Below, in pieces: positions 28,622-38,286 of a stretch of 64,000 bases of DNA; positions within the stretch are counted from its first letter, which is position 1; each line of letters opens with the position of its first letter. The stretch spans positions 96,001-160,000 of the IMG/VR virus record IMGVR_UViG_3300001533_002283, one strand, 5' to 3'. Source of the stretch: a virus. Below the pieces are notes generated by a model. That model saw only the letters and a program-made list of their open reading frames with translations, made no database searches and was not told the DNA's origin. A program made the translations under genes and the position numbers.

Positions 28622-29098
28622 TTAAACGGTATTTACCTCGTATCCATACCAAGAAATGAAAGGTCTCTCTCCCGCTGGAACGGGTGAGGTTTTATCTGTT
28701 CTGAATAACTCCACCGGATTTGCCCATAAAGAACCACATCCAATAGCACGTTCTGCAACCCTATCCTCAATAACATGAGTAAATATTTTTAACAAAGTTG
28801 GTGGACCACCTTCCGTTGCGGTAAACGGAGCCGGAATAGACGTTTCTAAGGTAAAATTAACCGAGGTCGCAACTCCCGTTGCCAACGTAACATTTGCAAT
28901 TAAATACACCGTTCCACTTGCGGGCGCACTCAACCCAGTCAAAACGGGCACAATCCCATTGATTGTTCCGGTTGTTTGGTAAGAAACATCGCCCGTTCCC
29001 GAGTTTACAGATATTTCTAAAGGACAGCTAACCCCCGCATCCGCCTTAATTACGGTATTAGGAAAATTAAAATATTTACTTGCGTTATTGACAGCCAT
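28622..29098 (-). CDS. Putative tail-tip or adaptor protein
   Basis: Beta-rich 158-aa ORF in the tail operon. Confidence 0.55.
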   Translation of the reverse strand: MAVNNASKYFNFPNTVIKADAGVSCPLEISVNSGTGDVSYQTTGTINGIVPVLTGLSAPASGTVYLIANVTLATGVATSVNFTLETSIPAPFTATEGGPPTLLKIFTHVIEDRVAERAIGCGSLWANPVELFRTDKTSPVPAGERPFISWYGYEVNTV

Positions 29099-29118
29099 AG
29101 TGTTATATATTTCTTTTA

Positions 29119-30207
29119 TTATCCCACACTTAATACATAATTATACCCAGTATTAAATCCCGAATAGTTAATACTCAACAGCATTGCGCTCCCCGTAATG
29201 TTTCTTCCCACCCTATAATTATACCCGCTATTCCCCAAGGTGTTAAAATCAAATTGGTAGCCGGTAACACTTGGAACATAATCTATGTTGCTAAAACTAC
29301 TACCCGTTGGCAAGTTGGCAACAGCGGCGGAGAAAATACTGTTGAATGAGTTTGCGCCGGTGGTTCCCGAAAGATAAGAAATGGTGAGGCGCGCTGGTAG
29401 AGATTCGTTATATGGAGTCGCCCCCTTAAAGTTACTCCAAGAAAAAGAAGAGGAGCCGGTTGAAACTCCCGATAACGATAAAATTTCTGAGAAATCCAAG
29501 GTTTGAATTATTGGAAACTGAGTCTCCACATTCACCCTCTCATTAAACACCCCAAAATTACTATAGATGGTAAAATCATAGGGGGTAACATTATCTGAGA
29601 GTTCGGCTTGTGTTAACAACGTGTAGTTTCTAATCAAATCGAAGTTTCTCACGCCCGTAACATCACTAGTGTTATTAACAAAAGAGAACAAACCTGATTG
29701 CGAAACCCCGCTATAAACCCGGAATAAAACGGGTGGGTTTAAGTTCGTGACTGTTCCCGTGCCAGAACCTCCCGCGCCGGAAAAACGGAATGATGAGAAC
29801 TGATAGGAAGGGGGTTTACCGCTTAGGGTAAAATCCAAAGAGCAAGTGCAATTTATTGGCTCTACTCCTATTTTATCAATGTATGGGGAGAACTCTTCTG
29901 TTCCGCTCGTATTTAGAACATACAAATCATTATAATAATAATTTTGATTTTCACCACTACGAATTATTTTAATAGAGTTGATTTCGTTACGGTTTGCCCC
30001 TCCAATGTATTTGTTATTTAAACTTTCAAGAACTCTTCCGTTTGCAACAGATACACTGTTAATAAACTCTTGTGATCTTCCGAATAAGTAGAAATGACAT
30101 TGACTCCCACTAGTGTTATCTAGTGAAAATTTAAATTCATAACTTCCCACGTCATTTAAAGATTGAGAGGAAAAAGTTTTTTCAGTATATCCGGTGATTA
30201 ATTTCAT
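29119..30207 (-). CDS. Putative tail/baseplate structural protein, [ST]G-rich
   Basis: Beta-rich ORF in the tail operon with about 21 SG/TG dipeptides. Confidence 0.6.
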   Translation of the reverse strand: MKLITGYTEKTFSSQSLNDVGSYEFKFSLDNTSGSQCHFYLFGRSQEFINSVSVANGRVLESLNNKYIGGANRNEINSIKIIRSGENQNYYYNDLYVLNTSGTEEFSPYIDKIGVEPINCTCSLDFTLSGKPPSYQFSSFRFSGAGGSGTGTVTNLNPPVLFRVYSGVSQSGLFSFVNNTSDVTGVRNFDLIRNYTLLTQAELSDNVTPYDFTIYSNFGVFNERVNVETQFPIIQTLDFSEILSLSGVSTGSSSFSWSNFKGATPYNESLPARLTISYLSGTTGANSFNSIFSAAVANLPTGSSFSNIDYVPSVTGYQFDFNTLGNSGYNYRVGRNITGSAMLLSINYSGFNTGYNYVLSVG

Positions 30208-30211
30208 GGTG

Positions 30212-32371
30212 TTAAAAATACCTTACGGCCCTTCCTCTTCTGATAATTATACTAGGAACTTGTCCCAACTCTTGTTTTTTCTTTGCGGGGTCGTAAAAAT
30301 AACGATAAAATACATCGCTATTTCTTACCCTCATTTTTTCATTCCCAAAACGGTAAGTAGTTTGCACGCCATTTGCGCCGATTGAAACGGAGAAGCCGAG
30401 GAGGCCGGTTCCTAGACTAAGTGATGGCCCCTCTAAATCAATATTAGGAATGGTTAAAGTGGAGGAGAAAAACGGTTCAATTTGACTGGTTTTTGTGCTC
30501 TCCAAAACGTCATTCGCGGCAGATGTGAAAGCTGCTTGGTTTGCGGAAGAGTTTTTATAATAATAAGCGGACGCCCCCAACACTTGTTCTTCCGATAAAA
30601 TTTCGGATGAAAAATCATAGTAGTTTACATTAGCGGTTTCAGGGGGGGAATAAGTGGTTAATTCCGTTTTGGCCGCAACCCCTCCTTCGTTAATTCTAAT
30701 ACCACCGGTTTGTTGTGCGGTGAAAGTAATTGGTTGTTCTGATGGGTAACTTACTGGCTGCAAAGACTCTCCCGAAGTAACCCCAAAATAAAATATAGGC
30801 TTTCTAACTTCATCCTCTATTCTAAAAAAATCTGTATCGTCGTCACTTCCTTCTATAATCACGTATTTACCTATGTCAAAAAGAAACTCTGTTTTTTGTG
30901 GATTCCACACTGGATCAATTTCCATTATCAAATAACCATTTGTTGGCGCATCCAAAGAACTTCCCGTGGGGGGAGTCCCTTCGTTAAGCTCAATAAATTC
31001 CCTTAGAGTCAAAGTGTCATAATCTTCAATAAACTGTTGCAATGGAGACAAATAATCTCTAAAAATATCAACATTTTTTAGCAAAATATATTCGTCATAA
31101 AATTTACCTTCTTGTCCGAAAATAGACTGAGCCCGCTCTAGGGTTGGTAATTTTTTCCAATAAAATCTCCCATAGAAGTTAGCATAAGCAGAATATATAT
31201 TATATAATTGTTCAATATTTCTATTTTTACTTCCTATCTTTGCCGCTCTCCATTTGTAATTAGTCCTGCTATCATAAAAAGCCGTTCCGTCTGTAATTCT
31301 GTCTCTTACCGTGTCATTAATTTCTTCTGTGTCAATGATGTCCTTCACCTCGCTATTCACTCCGGGCGTTTCTAAGGCAAGATTTAACAAAAGCTGGGGA
31401 ACTCCATAATAGGCATATTTTGCACGTTTATCAAAGAGGGTAGTTTCCTCACCTAGTTTATAACTAGGGTCCATTGAAAATCTTATTCTAATATTAGAAA
31501 ACAAATAATCAGTAGTGTCATCATTTACGTTCGGCACGTCTTGTAACACTTCCCCGTCTTTCCCAAAAAATACTTCAACGCCTTTGGTGTAAGTGTCGCG
31601 CAACGAATGTCCATAAGAATTAGACTGGATATTGTTGGCCAGTTTTACTGATTCCGCCAAGGCTTCTACCGCGCTTAGATTTGCGGGATTTCTTAGGTCA
31701 ATAAAATTAAGTTTACGATTTTCCCAGTAGAAACCCAACCCTAAATCATTACACCACGCAGACAACACCTCGCGCAATTTCCCCGCGTAATCTCGGCGGT
31801 ATCTTGTGGCGGGGGCATCCAAGGCAGGAACGATATTAATAAATGTTGAAATTTTTTCCAATAATTCTGGAAAAGTATAATCTACGTCCGTAACTTCTAA
31901 TAAGTTAGATGCTTCCGCGCCGGTTGGACTCTCCCCCGGAAGAATGGTGCCCACGACCCCTTCGGTGACAGCGGCGTTTCGCGCACGTTCAGTTCCAACG
32001 ACAATAGTGTTAATGTAAGATTCGCCTGTTACTCCACGGGTTTTTAACTTCACTACTCTTTTATCCAAATAAACTATCGACTCATCAATGTAATCTACCC
32101 GTAGAGTTTTTCCACTTGGAGAATCCTCAATTTGATATTCAATAGGGAACATGTGGAGTGTTATCTTGCTCCCCACGGTAATCGTCACGGGATTCCCCAA
32201 AGTAGTTAAATCGTTTTTATCAATATCGAATATTCCAGATTCATTAGTTACCTCAACAGATAACTCGGAAGGGGCTTCTCCAAAATTAGGGCTGTAAGAG
32301 AGAGAGTAGATATATCCGCCCCATGCGCGATTTTGACCATCTATGTTAATATTGTCGATTTTTTTAATCAT
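30212..32371 (-). CDS. Putative baseplate hub / Tal-like protein
   Basis: PSELSVEV...LRV.YID...Y.G.LREVLSAWC.DLG..FYW...L.FIDL; C-terminal SVSIGANGVQTTY.FG resembles hub proteins. Confidence 0.55.
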   Translation of the reverse strand: MIKKIDNINIDGQNRAWGGYIYSLSYSPNFGEAPSELSVEVTNESGIFDIDKNDLTTLGNPVTITVGSKITLHMFPIEYQIEDSPSGKTLRVDYIDESIVYLDKRVVKLKTRGVTGESYINTIVVGTERARNAAVTEGVVGTILPGESPTGAEASNLLEVTDVDYTFPELLEKISTFINIVPALDAPATRYRRDYAGKLREVLSAWCNDLGLGFYWENRKLNFIDLRNPANLSAVEALAESVKLANNIQSNSYGHSLRDTYTKGVEVFFGKDGEVLQDVPNVNDDTTDYLFSNIRIRFSMDPSYKLGEETTLFDKRAKYAYYGVPQLLLNLALETPGVNSEVKDIIDTEEINDTVRDRITDGTAFYDSRTNYKWRAAKIGSKNRNIEQLYNIYSAYANFYGRFYWKKLPTLERAQSIFGQEGKFYDEYILLKNVDIFRDYLSPLQQFIEDYDTLTLREFIELNEGTPPTGSSLDAPTNGYLIMEIDPVWNPQKTEFLFDIGKYVIIEGSDDDTDFFRIEDEVRKPIFYFGVTSGESLQPVSYPSEQPITFTAQQTGGIRINEGGVAAKTELTTYSPPETANVNYYDFSSEILSEEQVLGASAYYYKNSSANQAAFTSAANDVLESTKTSQIEPFFSSTLTIPNIDLEGPSLSLGTGLLGFSVSIGANGVQTTYRFGNEKMRVRNSDVFYRYFYDPAKKKQELGQVPSIIIRRGRAVRYF

Positions 32372-32385
32372 GGGGTGTTATAAAA

Positions 32386-33567
32386 TTAGTAGGTCGGGAA
32401 ACCAGACAGGTCTACTTCGGTGAGTTGGTAGCCGCCGCCCAACGCGGTCATCATGGCGTTGATTGCGGTTTTATGGTATCTTATTGACGTTCCAGACCCG
32501 GCACCGCCGTAGGTCCAGACTGTTAAAATAACCAGTTGATTATTTATCCAAACAAAAGCGGGATTACCACTGTCTCCTCCTATTTTTGGTTCGTAAAATT
32601 CGATTCTTTTTTCCTTGAGCGGCGCACGAAAGCTTGAAAATCCATTAGAATCGTAAAACCAGTCGGTTACTAATGCCTTTTCTTCTTGGTCCAGCGTCAA
32701 AGCCGGAAGTGTGCGTATTGTTCCAAGTTCTGGAATGTAATTTGTCCAGTTATCTGGCAGGACCCTGGCAAAATTAATCGAGCTTGGAACGTCTGCATCT
32801 AATACACCAATAGTTATGTCAGGGTAATAAGGGCGATAATCTGGATGTGTTAATTTATTTACTAACGTGCGAGTTATAACCACGTTGTCCATTGTTACAA
32901 ACCGGACAGACGCGCCAACACCTAATTGGTAATGTGCAGCAAACACAATATGACGAGGTGAGATCAAGGTTCCTGCGCGAGTTACCCCTCCGGAGCTGTT
33001 CCAAGGACTAAAGCAAGACAGATCCCAATCAGCGCACCATACGTTAGGGTTTCTTACATACAAACTACCGGCGTGGTTCTGAGTGGTAAATATGCGCAAA
33101 GATTCGCCGGCATTCTTATTTAAAATCCTTGAGTCAACACCTGTGCTTATATGCTCGGATAAAGACCCAGCTACATACTCTTTTAGCACAAACGTGATGG
33201 CTCCGTTTACGGTAGAGAAAGTTAAGGTAAGAGAGACCGTTTTCCCTTGTGTAGAAAAGCTTAAAACAGCCACACCGTCAGAAACATGAGATACAAATCC
33301 AAGCTGATCTATTGTGGCGACCGAAGTGTTGCTGGATGAAAAAAATCCAGACGAAGAAACGCCTCCAAAAGAAAGTAAAACTAACTGGTAGTCTGTTACC
33401 GAATCCCCGCCTGCGCTTCTAATTAAAACCGCGTCTTTATCAACTAATTCACTCACGACGCCGCCAGAGACCTGACGTAAAGTTAATGTAGGGGTAATGT
33501 TGCCCACAAACTCAAACGCAGGAACAACGCGCAATATTCGCGAGCTCGGTGATGCAACGATTTTCAT
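32386..33567 (-). CDS. Ig-like (Big_2) domain plus trypsin-like serine protease, virion-associated
   Basis: SSSNTSVATIDQLGFV (Big_2); GTLISPRHIVFAAH, PDITIG and GGDSGNP give an H-D-S triad. Confidence 0.8.
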   Translation of the reverse strand: MKIVASPSSRILRVVPAFEFVGNITPTLTLRQVSGGVVSELVDKDAVLIRSAGGDSVTDYQLVLLSFGGVSSSGFFSSSNTSVATIDQLGFVSHVSDGVAVLSFSTQGKTVSLTLTFSTVNGAITFVLKEYVAGSLSEHISTGVDSRILNKNAGESLRIFTTQNHAGSLYVRNPNVWCADWDLSCFSPWNSSGGVTRAGTLISPRHIVFAAHYQLGVGASVRFVTMDNVVITRTLVNKLTHPDYRPYYPDITIGVLDADVPSSINFARVLPDNWTNYIPELGTIRTLPALTLDQEEKALVTDWFYDSNGFSSFRAPLKEKRIEFYEPKIGGDSGNPAFVWINNQLVILTVWTYGGAGSGTSIRYHKTAINAMMTALGGGYQLTEVDLSGFPTY

Positions 33568-33570
33568 GGC

Positions 33571-34497
33571 TTAAACTGAAGGCGTTGCGGGCCAGTTAAC
33601 CCAATCGGCAACCACTGTAATTCCTGTTTTACCTTTTATTGTTTGCCCCGCCCCTAAGGTCCAGCCAGCGGGCGTGAATGGAGCGGGTCTTAAATGAATG
33701 GTGTTTATGTTGCTTCCTGATAGCGCCTCCGAATCCAAACCGGAAAAGGGGGCATTTAAAAACAAGTCCTGAAGCGAGCAGCTGTCAAAAACTTCGTCTC
33801 CCATAGAAACAACTGAGGGTATTGACAGCAGAGCTAGAGACTCGCATCCCTGAAACGCCGAGTCGCCTAAGGTTTGAGCTGATCTGAAATAAGCGGAAGC
33901 AAGCAAAGTTGCGTCGGCAAAAGCGCTTTGTTCTATGGTGACAACTCTGGACCCGGTTATCGTTTGAAGACTTGTTGCATCAGCAAAGGCTCCTCTACCT
34001 ATAAGCTCGACAAAAGGAATACTTACACGAGTTAGATTCGAGCAGCTCTCGAAACACTCTCGACCAAGAGTTTTTAAGCGTGCGCCCCCGTAAAAGGCTA
34101 AAATTGAACTCACTCCGAAACTCGTAGACCACGAATTAGGCGTGCTTGCGAGATCGAACAGCGAAACGGTTGGAGCCGGAGAAGCCTGTAGCGTGACCGC
34201 GCTATACGGGCTGATTCCAGTCACAACGGGAAGACCATTTGAGTCTCCAAATACCAAAGAATTTATTGAGGTATCCGCCGCTATTTCATTTTCTCCCAAA
34301 CTCGCAGCTTCCAAATACGCGGAGGTCCCGCCTAGCACTTGGATACGGGCGTCGATTTCGTCTGGCAGTCGTTCTGATGGTAATTCCCCCTCTGTCAAAT
34401 TAGATGCGTTATTGGCTCCAATTTCCTCCCTAGCCTCCTCCCCATCCGCCGCCTTCATAAAATTATCTATTGTGGGTGATACGATTATATTACTCAT
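33571..34497 (-). CDS. BspA-type leucine-rich-repeat (LRR_5) fibre or adhesin
   Basis: Repeats such as IGRGAFADATSL, LGDSAFQGCESL and MGDEVFDSCSL; N-terminal fibre-anchor-like segment. Confidence 0.8.
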   Translation of the reverse strand: MSNIIVSPTIDNFMKAADGEEAREEIGANNASNLTEGELPSERLPDEIDARIQVLGGTSAYLEAASLGENEIAADTSINSLVFGDSNGLPVVTGISPYSAVTLQASPAPTVSLFDLASTPNSWSTSFGVSSILAFYGGARLKTLGRECFESCSNLTRVSIPFVELIGRGAFADATSLQTITGSRVVTIEQSAFADATLLASAYFRSAQTLGDSAFQGCESLALLSIPSVVSMGDEVFDSCSLQDLFLNAPFSGLDSEALSGSNINTIHLRPAPFTPAGWTLGAGQTIKGKTGITVVADWVNWPATPSV

Positions 34498-34533
34498 AGT
34501 GTTATGCTTTATTTGTTTTTATTAAAAATTGTT

Positions 34534-36327
34534 TTACCCCACCCAATCGTCCATCACATTATTATTTACCAAACTCAAATTTTCGGCAAGAAGGTATTGG
34601 CCTGACAAAGGAGCTAGATAAGAGTGCTCTACGAAATGTTGTTTTGGGTGGCGAATGCCGTTTAGATAGTAGGAAGTAGAGTTGGGTAGAAATTTATTAG
34701 TTTTATACGCGGAAACGTCACCCGTGTTTCTTTGAAAATCTTTTCCGCTCACGAAAAGTAATTTCCCGCCCGATAAAACCGATTGAATTTGTGAGGAAAA
34801 ATTAAAGTTGGAACCCGCGACGGTATAATCTTCTCCTGAAACCAACTTTTGCCCATTTCCAAAAATTAAATCAAAATTACCCCTTGGCAAACTCGCCTCA
34901 CCCGAATAATTAACTATCGCCCGATTTTGTTGGTTATTATTATCGTAGAGAAGATTATCAGAGGTAAAAACCGCCTCTTTGAAATCAAAATATTGACTGT
35001 CAACAAAGAAGTCTGCAATGCCAGATTTACCCACGTTGAAAAATTGTCCGGTCGTTTGAAAACCACTTTCCACCTGAAACACCCCATTCAAAAACGCATT
35101 ACAGTTTCCACTAGGATAGAACGAATCGGCGGAGAAATCCCCCCTAACAATATCAAACACGCCATTTTTATTCACATAGTTGACTCGTTCAGGTGAGACA
35201 CTATTGTAAATTTCGCTAGATTGTGAATATAAGTCGCGCCAAGTGTAACTCACCGAATCATACCCCATCTCCATGAGTCTGCCAGTGTTAATTGCCACTC
35301 CACTTCTCTCTGGTGAGATTTGAAAATTTCCAGTAATTGGCCCATATAAGGGGAAAAATCCTGACACGGAACTTAACATTCCAAATTCAGGAGTAATAGA
35401 ATAAACTGGATAAGTTGGCCCGCAACCGCCTAGTGGGCTGGCATAAAAAATAATATCGTCAGGAGTATAAAGTTCGTCATCGGGGGAAGCGAATAAATCT
35501 TCGCCCTCTCCAACACTTTTGAATCCTGAAAATTGATAAGAGAACCCGGTGATGCCCGAGGTGGGGAGGCTAGTGGCGAACCCTACAATTCCAGTTGATA
35601 CCGTTTGGCCACTAACGGCAGGGAGTAAAGTTGGATAAGAGTAAAACCCACTAACAAGTCTCGTCATCGAATTACGAGAAAGAGCGCGATTAAATCCTAA
35701 AAACCCCGCATAATACCCTGAGAAGTTTTGCGCGCCAAGTTCTGGTAGTATATTTCCACCTAAATGCCATTGATTTGAAAATAGAAGAAAATCAGAATTT
35801 ATTGAAAAATCCTCTGAAACAAATTGATGGGAATTAACATCATACCAATTTACCCCGATATTATTTAACCCTACGCTTACCCCTACCACGTTAGTTTCGG
35901 CCAAACGAGTTTCCGAAGTGAGAATTACCGGACCCGCGTTATCATAATATTGGAAGTAGAGGTGATTAGCGTCATTCACCCCGATGTTGAAACCGCTCTT
36001 GAATGCCGTGCCGGTCAACGAACTGAATAATACCCCGTTGGTTCGCGCCGTGCGAAATTTGAATAAAAACGAAAAATCAGAAGAGAAATCTGATTGAGAA
36101 ACATTGTTAATCTTAATCCGGTTTTGGTTAGATGCGGAGAATAAACCAGAGTTATTTTGGGTAGCGATTAATCCCGCCGTGCCGGAATATTGAGGGTCGC
36201 CAAAAGAGACGCTATTAATAACGGTGGACGAGTGATTGGCTGGCGAAAAATCATAGAAAATCTTGAAGTTAGATTGATCTAACCCCAAGAAATCGTAGAA
36301 ATAGTTTATGCCAGTTGTAATGCTCAT
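34534..36327 (-). CDS. Tail protein with LamG/ConA-like domain, [ST]G-rich
   Basis: FSFLF...LFSS...FNIGVN..N.L.F...W.LGG...F.G...FNRALS. Confidence 0.65.
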   Translation of the reverse strand: MSITTGINYFYDFLGLDQSNFKIFYDFSPANHSSTVINSVSFGDPQYSGTAGLIATQNNSGLFSASNQNRIKINNVSQSDFSSDFSFLFKFRTARTNGVLFSSLTGTAFKSGFNIGVNDANHLYFQYYDNAGPVILTSETRLAETNVVGVSVGLNNIGVNWYDVNSHQFVSEDFSINSDFLLFSNQWHLGGNILPELGAQNFSGYYAGFLGFNRALSRNSMTRLVSGFYSYPTLLPAVSGQTVSTGIVGFATSLPTSGITGFSYQFSGFKSVGEGEDLFASPDDELYTPDDIIFYASPLGGCGPTYPVYSITPEFGMLSSVSGFFPLYGPITGNFQISPERSGVAINTGRLMEMGYDSVSYTWRDLYSQSSEIYNSVSPERVNYVNKNGVFDIVRGDFSADSFYPSGNCNAFLNGVFQVESGFQTTGQFFNVGKSGIADFFVDSQYFDFKEAVFTSDNLLYDNNNQQNRAIVNYSGEASLPRGNFDLIFGNGQKLVSGEDYTVAGSNFNFSSQIQSVLSGGKLLFVSGKDFQRNTGDVSAYKTNKFLPNSTSYYLNGIRHPKQHFVEHSYLAPLSGQYLLAENLSLVNNNVMDDWVG

Positions 36328-36371
36328 CCTTTAACCGAATGAGATTACAGAAAATTTTCACCAAAACGAAA

Positions 36372-38270
36372 TTACAGGGTGTTAATAAAGGGATAGTTCT
36401 CTCCACTAATCACCCCTTCACCGGCATAACTCCACGCGGCAGTAAAAGAAACTCCCTCGGCATTGTTTTGACCTAATGAATAATTTTCCAAATAAATTCC
36501 TGAATAACCGCTAGAAAACCTGACGAACTCTCCACGAATTGCATTTTTAACCGCTTCGAGTGATGCACTACCAGAAGTCGCACGATTTGGAACAGCTTCA
36601 CCCGCAATGGTGAGGTTGCCCCGAGTGTTAAAACCAATGTCTGTTACCTCATATTTAGAATAAGTTTGCGTGCCGGTTTTAGAAATGAGGGGGGTCGTAG
36701 CGATTTTTCTCAATGGAGGGGTAACATCCAAAGTATAATTAAATTCTAATAAATCTGCATTGGGCGGGGGCGTCTTATCTTGGTAGGAAAAGTTGAATCC
36801 AATCGCTCCATTGAAACCGTCGTAACTTACCGATTCAGCGGTCGGATTTGGGTCAAGAAACACGCCCGTTCCCGCGTAATCTGCAAAACCTTGTGAAGCA
36901 ACCACATAAGGATTAAATAACGAGTAAGTCTCCCTCACTCTATCATACCGGTTTTTTAAATCCCCGCGCCCATTTACTTCCCCATCGACTGTCACCGTGA
37001 TTAAATCAACCCCACTATCTATACCAACATTATAAACCAAATTTGTTTGGTAATTAGGGTTATCATCATACGACAAATTAAAGTCTATCTTACGAGTATT
37101 CTTGTTCTCCGTAAACTGCTTTGTGAGGGGTATTGGGTTAAGTTTTACCCCTTCTGCGATTCCATAAAGTAGTGATGAATAATAGTCAAATTCGCCCGCG
37201 CGAGTTTTAATCCGGCTAAAATCATCGTTAATCCCACCCTCAAAACTCCCTTGAATTGCGGCAGTGTTAAACCCGGCCTGATTTCTATCGTAATCGACAG
37301 TGAAGCGTAATACCCCATAATCACAAGGGTAAAACTGGTCGCTTGTGTAAGTTTCTACTAGTGAGAAGGTTGAATCAAGACGATTAACACTTTCTTGTTG
37401 TGATTTTAATACACCAGACGGAATACTCTTTTGAATAAACTGTGGTGCAACGTAATTAGAGAAGCCGGTTCTAGAAAGAACAAAGTCCTGAGCGTTTTCC
37501 AAGGCATTAAATCCGGCCAAAGTTTGGATACCGCGCGCCGAAACGGTGTGAGTTATATTAATAATTCCGTCCTCGCTCTGATCAAAAACCCATTCGTCAG
37601 AAGGGTCCAAAATTCCATAAAATCCCGAAAAGGAAGATTGCGGGTAGTAGGATAGTTCTATTTGATAAGGTAAGAGTTTTACATAGTTCGAACTAGGAAA
37701 GTTTATATTATTAACAAAAACGTTTTCAAATGAGTTTACATCTTGTTTAACAGAAACATATCCACCCGATGCTACGGAAGGAGCGGGGGGTGTTCCGCCC
37801 GGAACTCCGGCAACTTGATAAGTGAGTCCGACTGGGCTTGCGTCTCCCGTTGTAACTGAATCATACCACAGAGAAATGAAAATGCCGCTCCCAGAAGTGA
37901 ACATCCATTTGTTAAAAGAATTGCTATATGAAAGAAAAACGTTTGCATCTATTTTTTTAAACCCGTTGTTATTTTGTATATACGTTCCATTAAAACCCGG
38001 GTCGCTCGCCCCGCTTACAATAACGGATTCTACCAAAACATCTTCTTGTATCTTTAGTGTTTGAAAATCTTTATTAAAACCGCTGATGATTTTATTTTGA
38101 GCGGTGGTTAAATCTGAAAAGTCACACCCCGTTAATTGACCAACAAGAGAAATTCTTTCAACACTTCCCCATCTCTCCCCATAAGAAATATTTTCCTTGG
38201 CGCGGCCCACAAAAGGGGTCGGTTGACCGGAGAAAACATTAAGATTGTTATATGTGATGATGGTTGACAT
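36372..38270 (-). CDS. Putative distal tail protein (repeated beta domains)
   Basis: Downstream of the tape measure gene; apparent paralogue of 38287-39891. Confidence 0.6.
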   Translation of the reverse strand: MSTIITYNNLNVFSGQPTPFVGRAKENISYGERWGSVERISLVGQLTGCDFSDLTTAQNKIISGFNKDFQTLKIQEDVLVESVIVSGASDPGFNGTYIQNNNGFKKIDANVFLSYSNSFNKWMFTSGSGIFISLWYDSVTTGDASPVGLTYQVAGVPGGTPPAPSVASGGYVSVKQDVNSFENVFVNNINFPSSNYVKLLPYQIELSYYPQSSFSGFYGILDPSDEWVFDQSEDGIINITHTVSARGIQTLAGFNALENAQDFVLSRTGFSNYVAPQFIQKSIPSGVLKSQQESVNRLDSTFSLVETYTSDQFYPCDYGVLRFTVDYDRNQAGFNTAAIQGSFEGGINDDFSRIKTRAGEFDYYSSLLYGIAEGVKLNPIPLTKQFTENKNTRKIDFNLSYDDNPNYQTNLVYNVGIDSGVDLITVTVDGEVNGRGDLKNRYDRVRETYSLFNPYVVASQGFADYAGTGVFLDPNPTAESVSYDGFNGAIGFNFSYQDKTPPPNADLLEFNYTLDVTPPLRKIATTPLISKTGTQTYSKYEVTDIGFNTRGNLTIAGEAVPNRATSGSASLEAVKNAIRGEFVRFSSGYSGIYLENYSLGQNNAEGVSFTAAWSYAGEGVISGENYPFINTL

Positions 38271-38286
38271 GGGTGTTATTCCTAAC

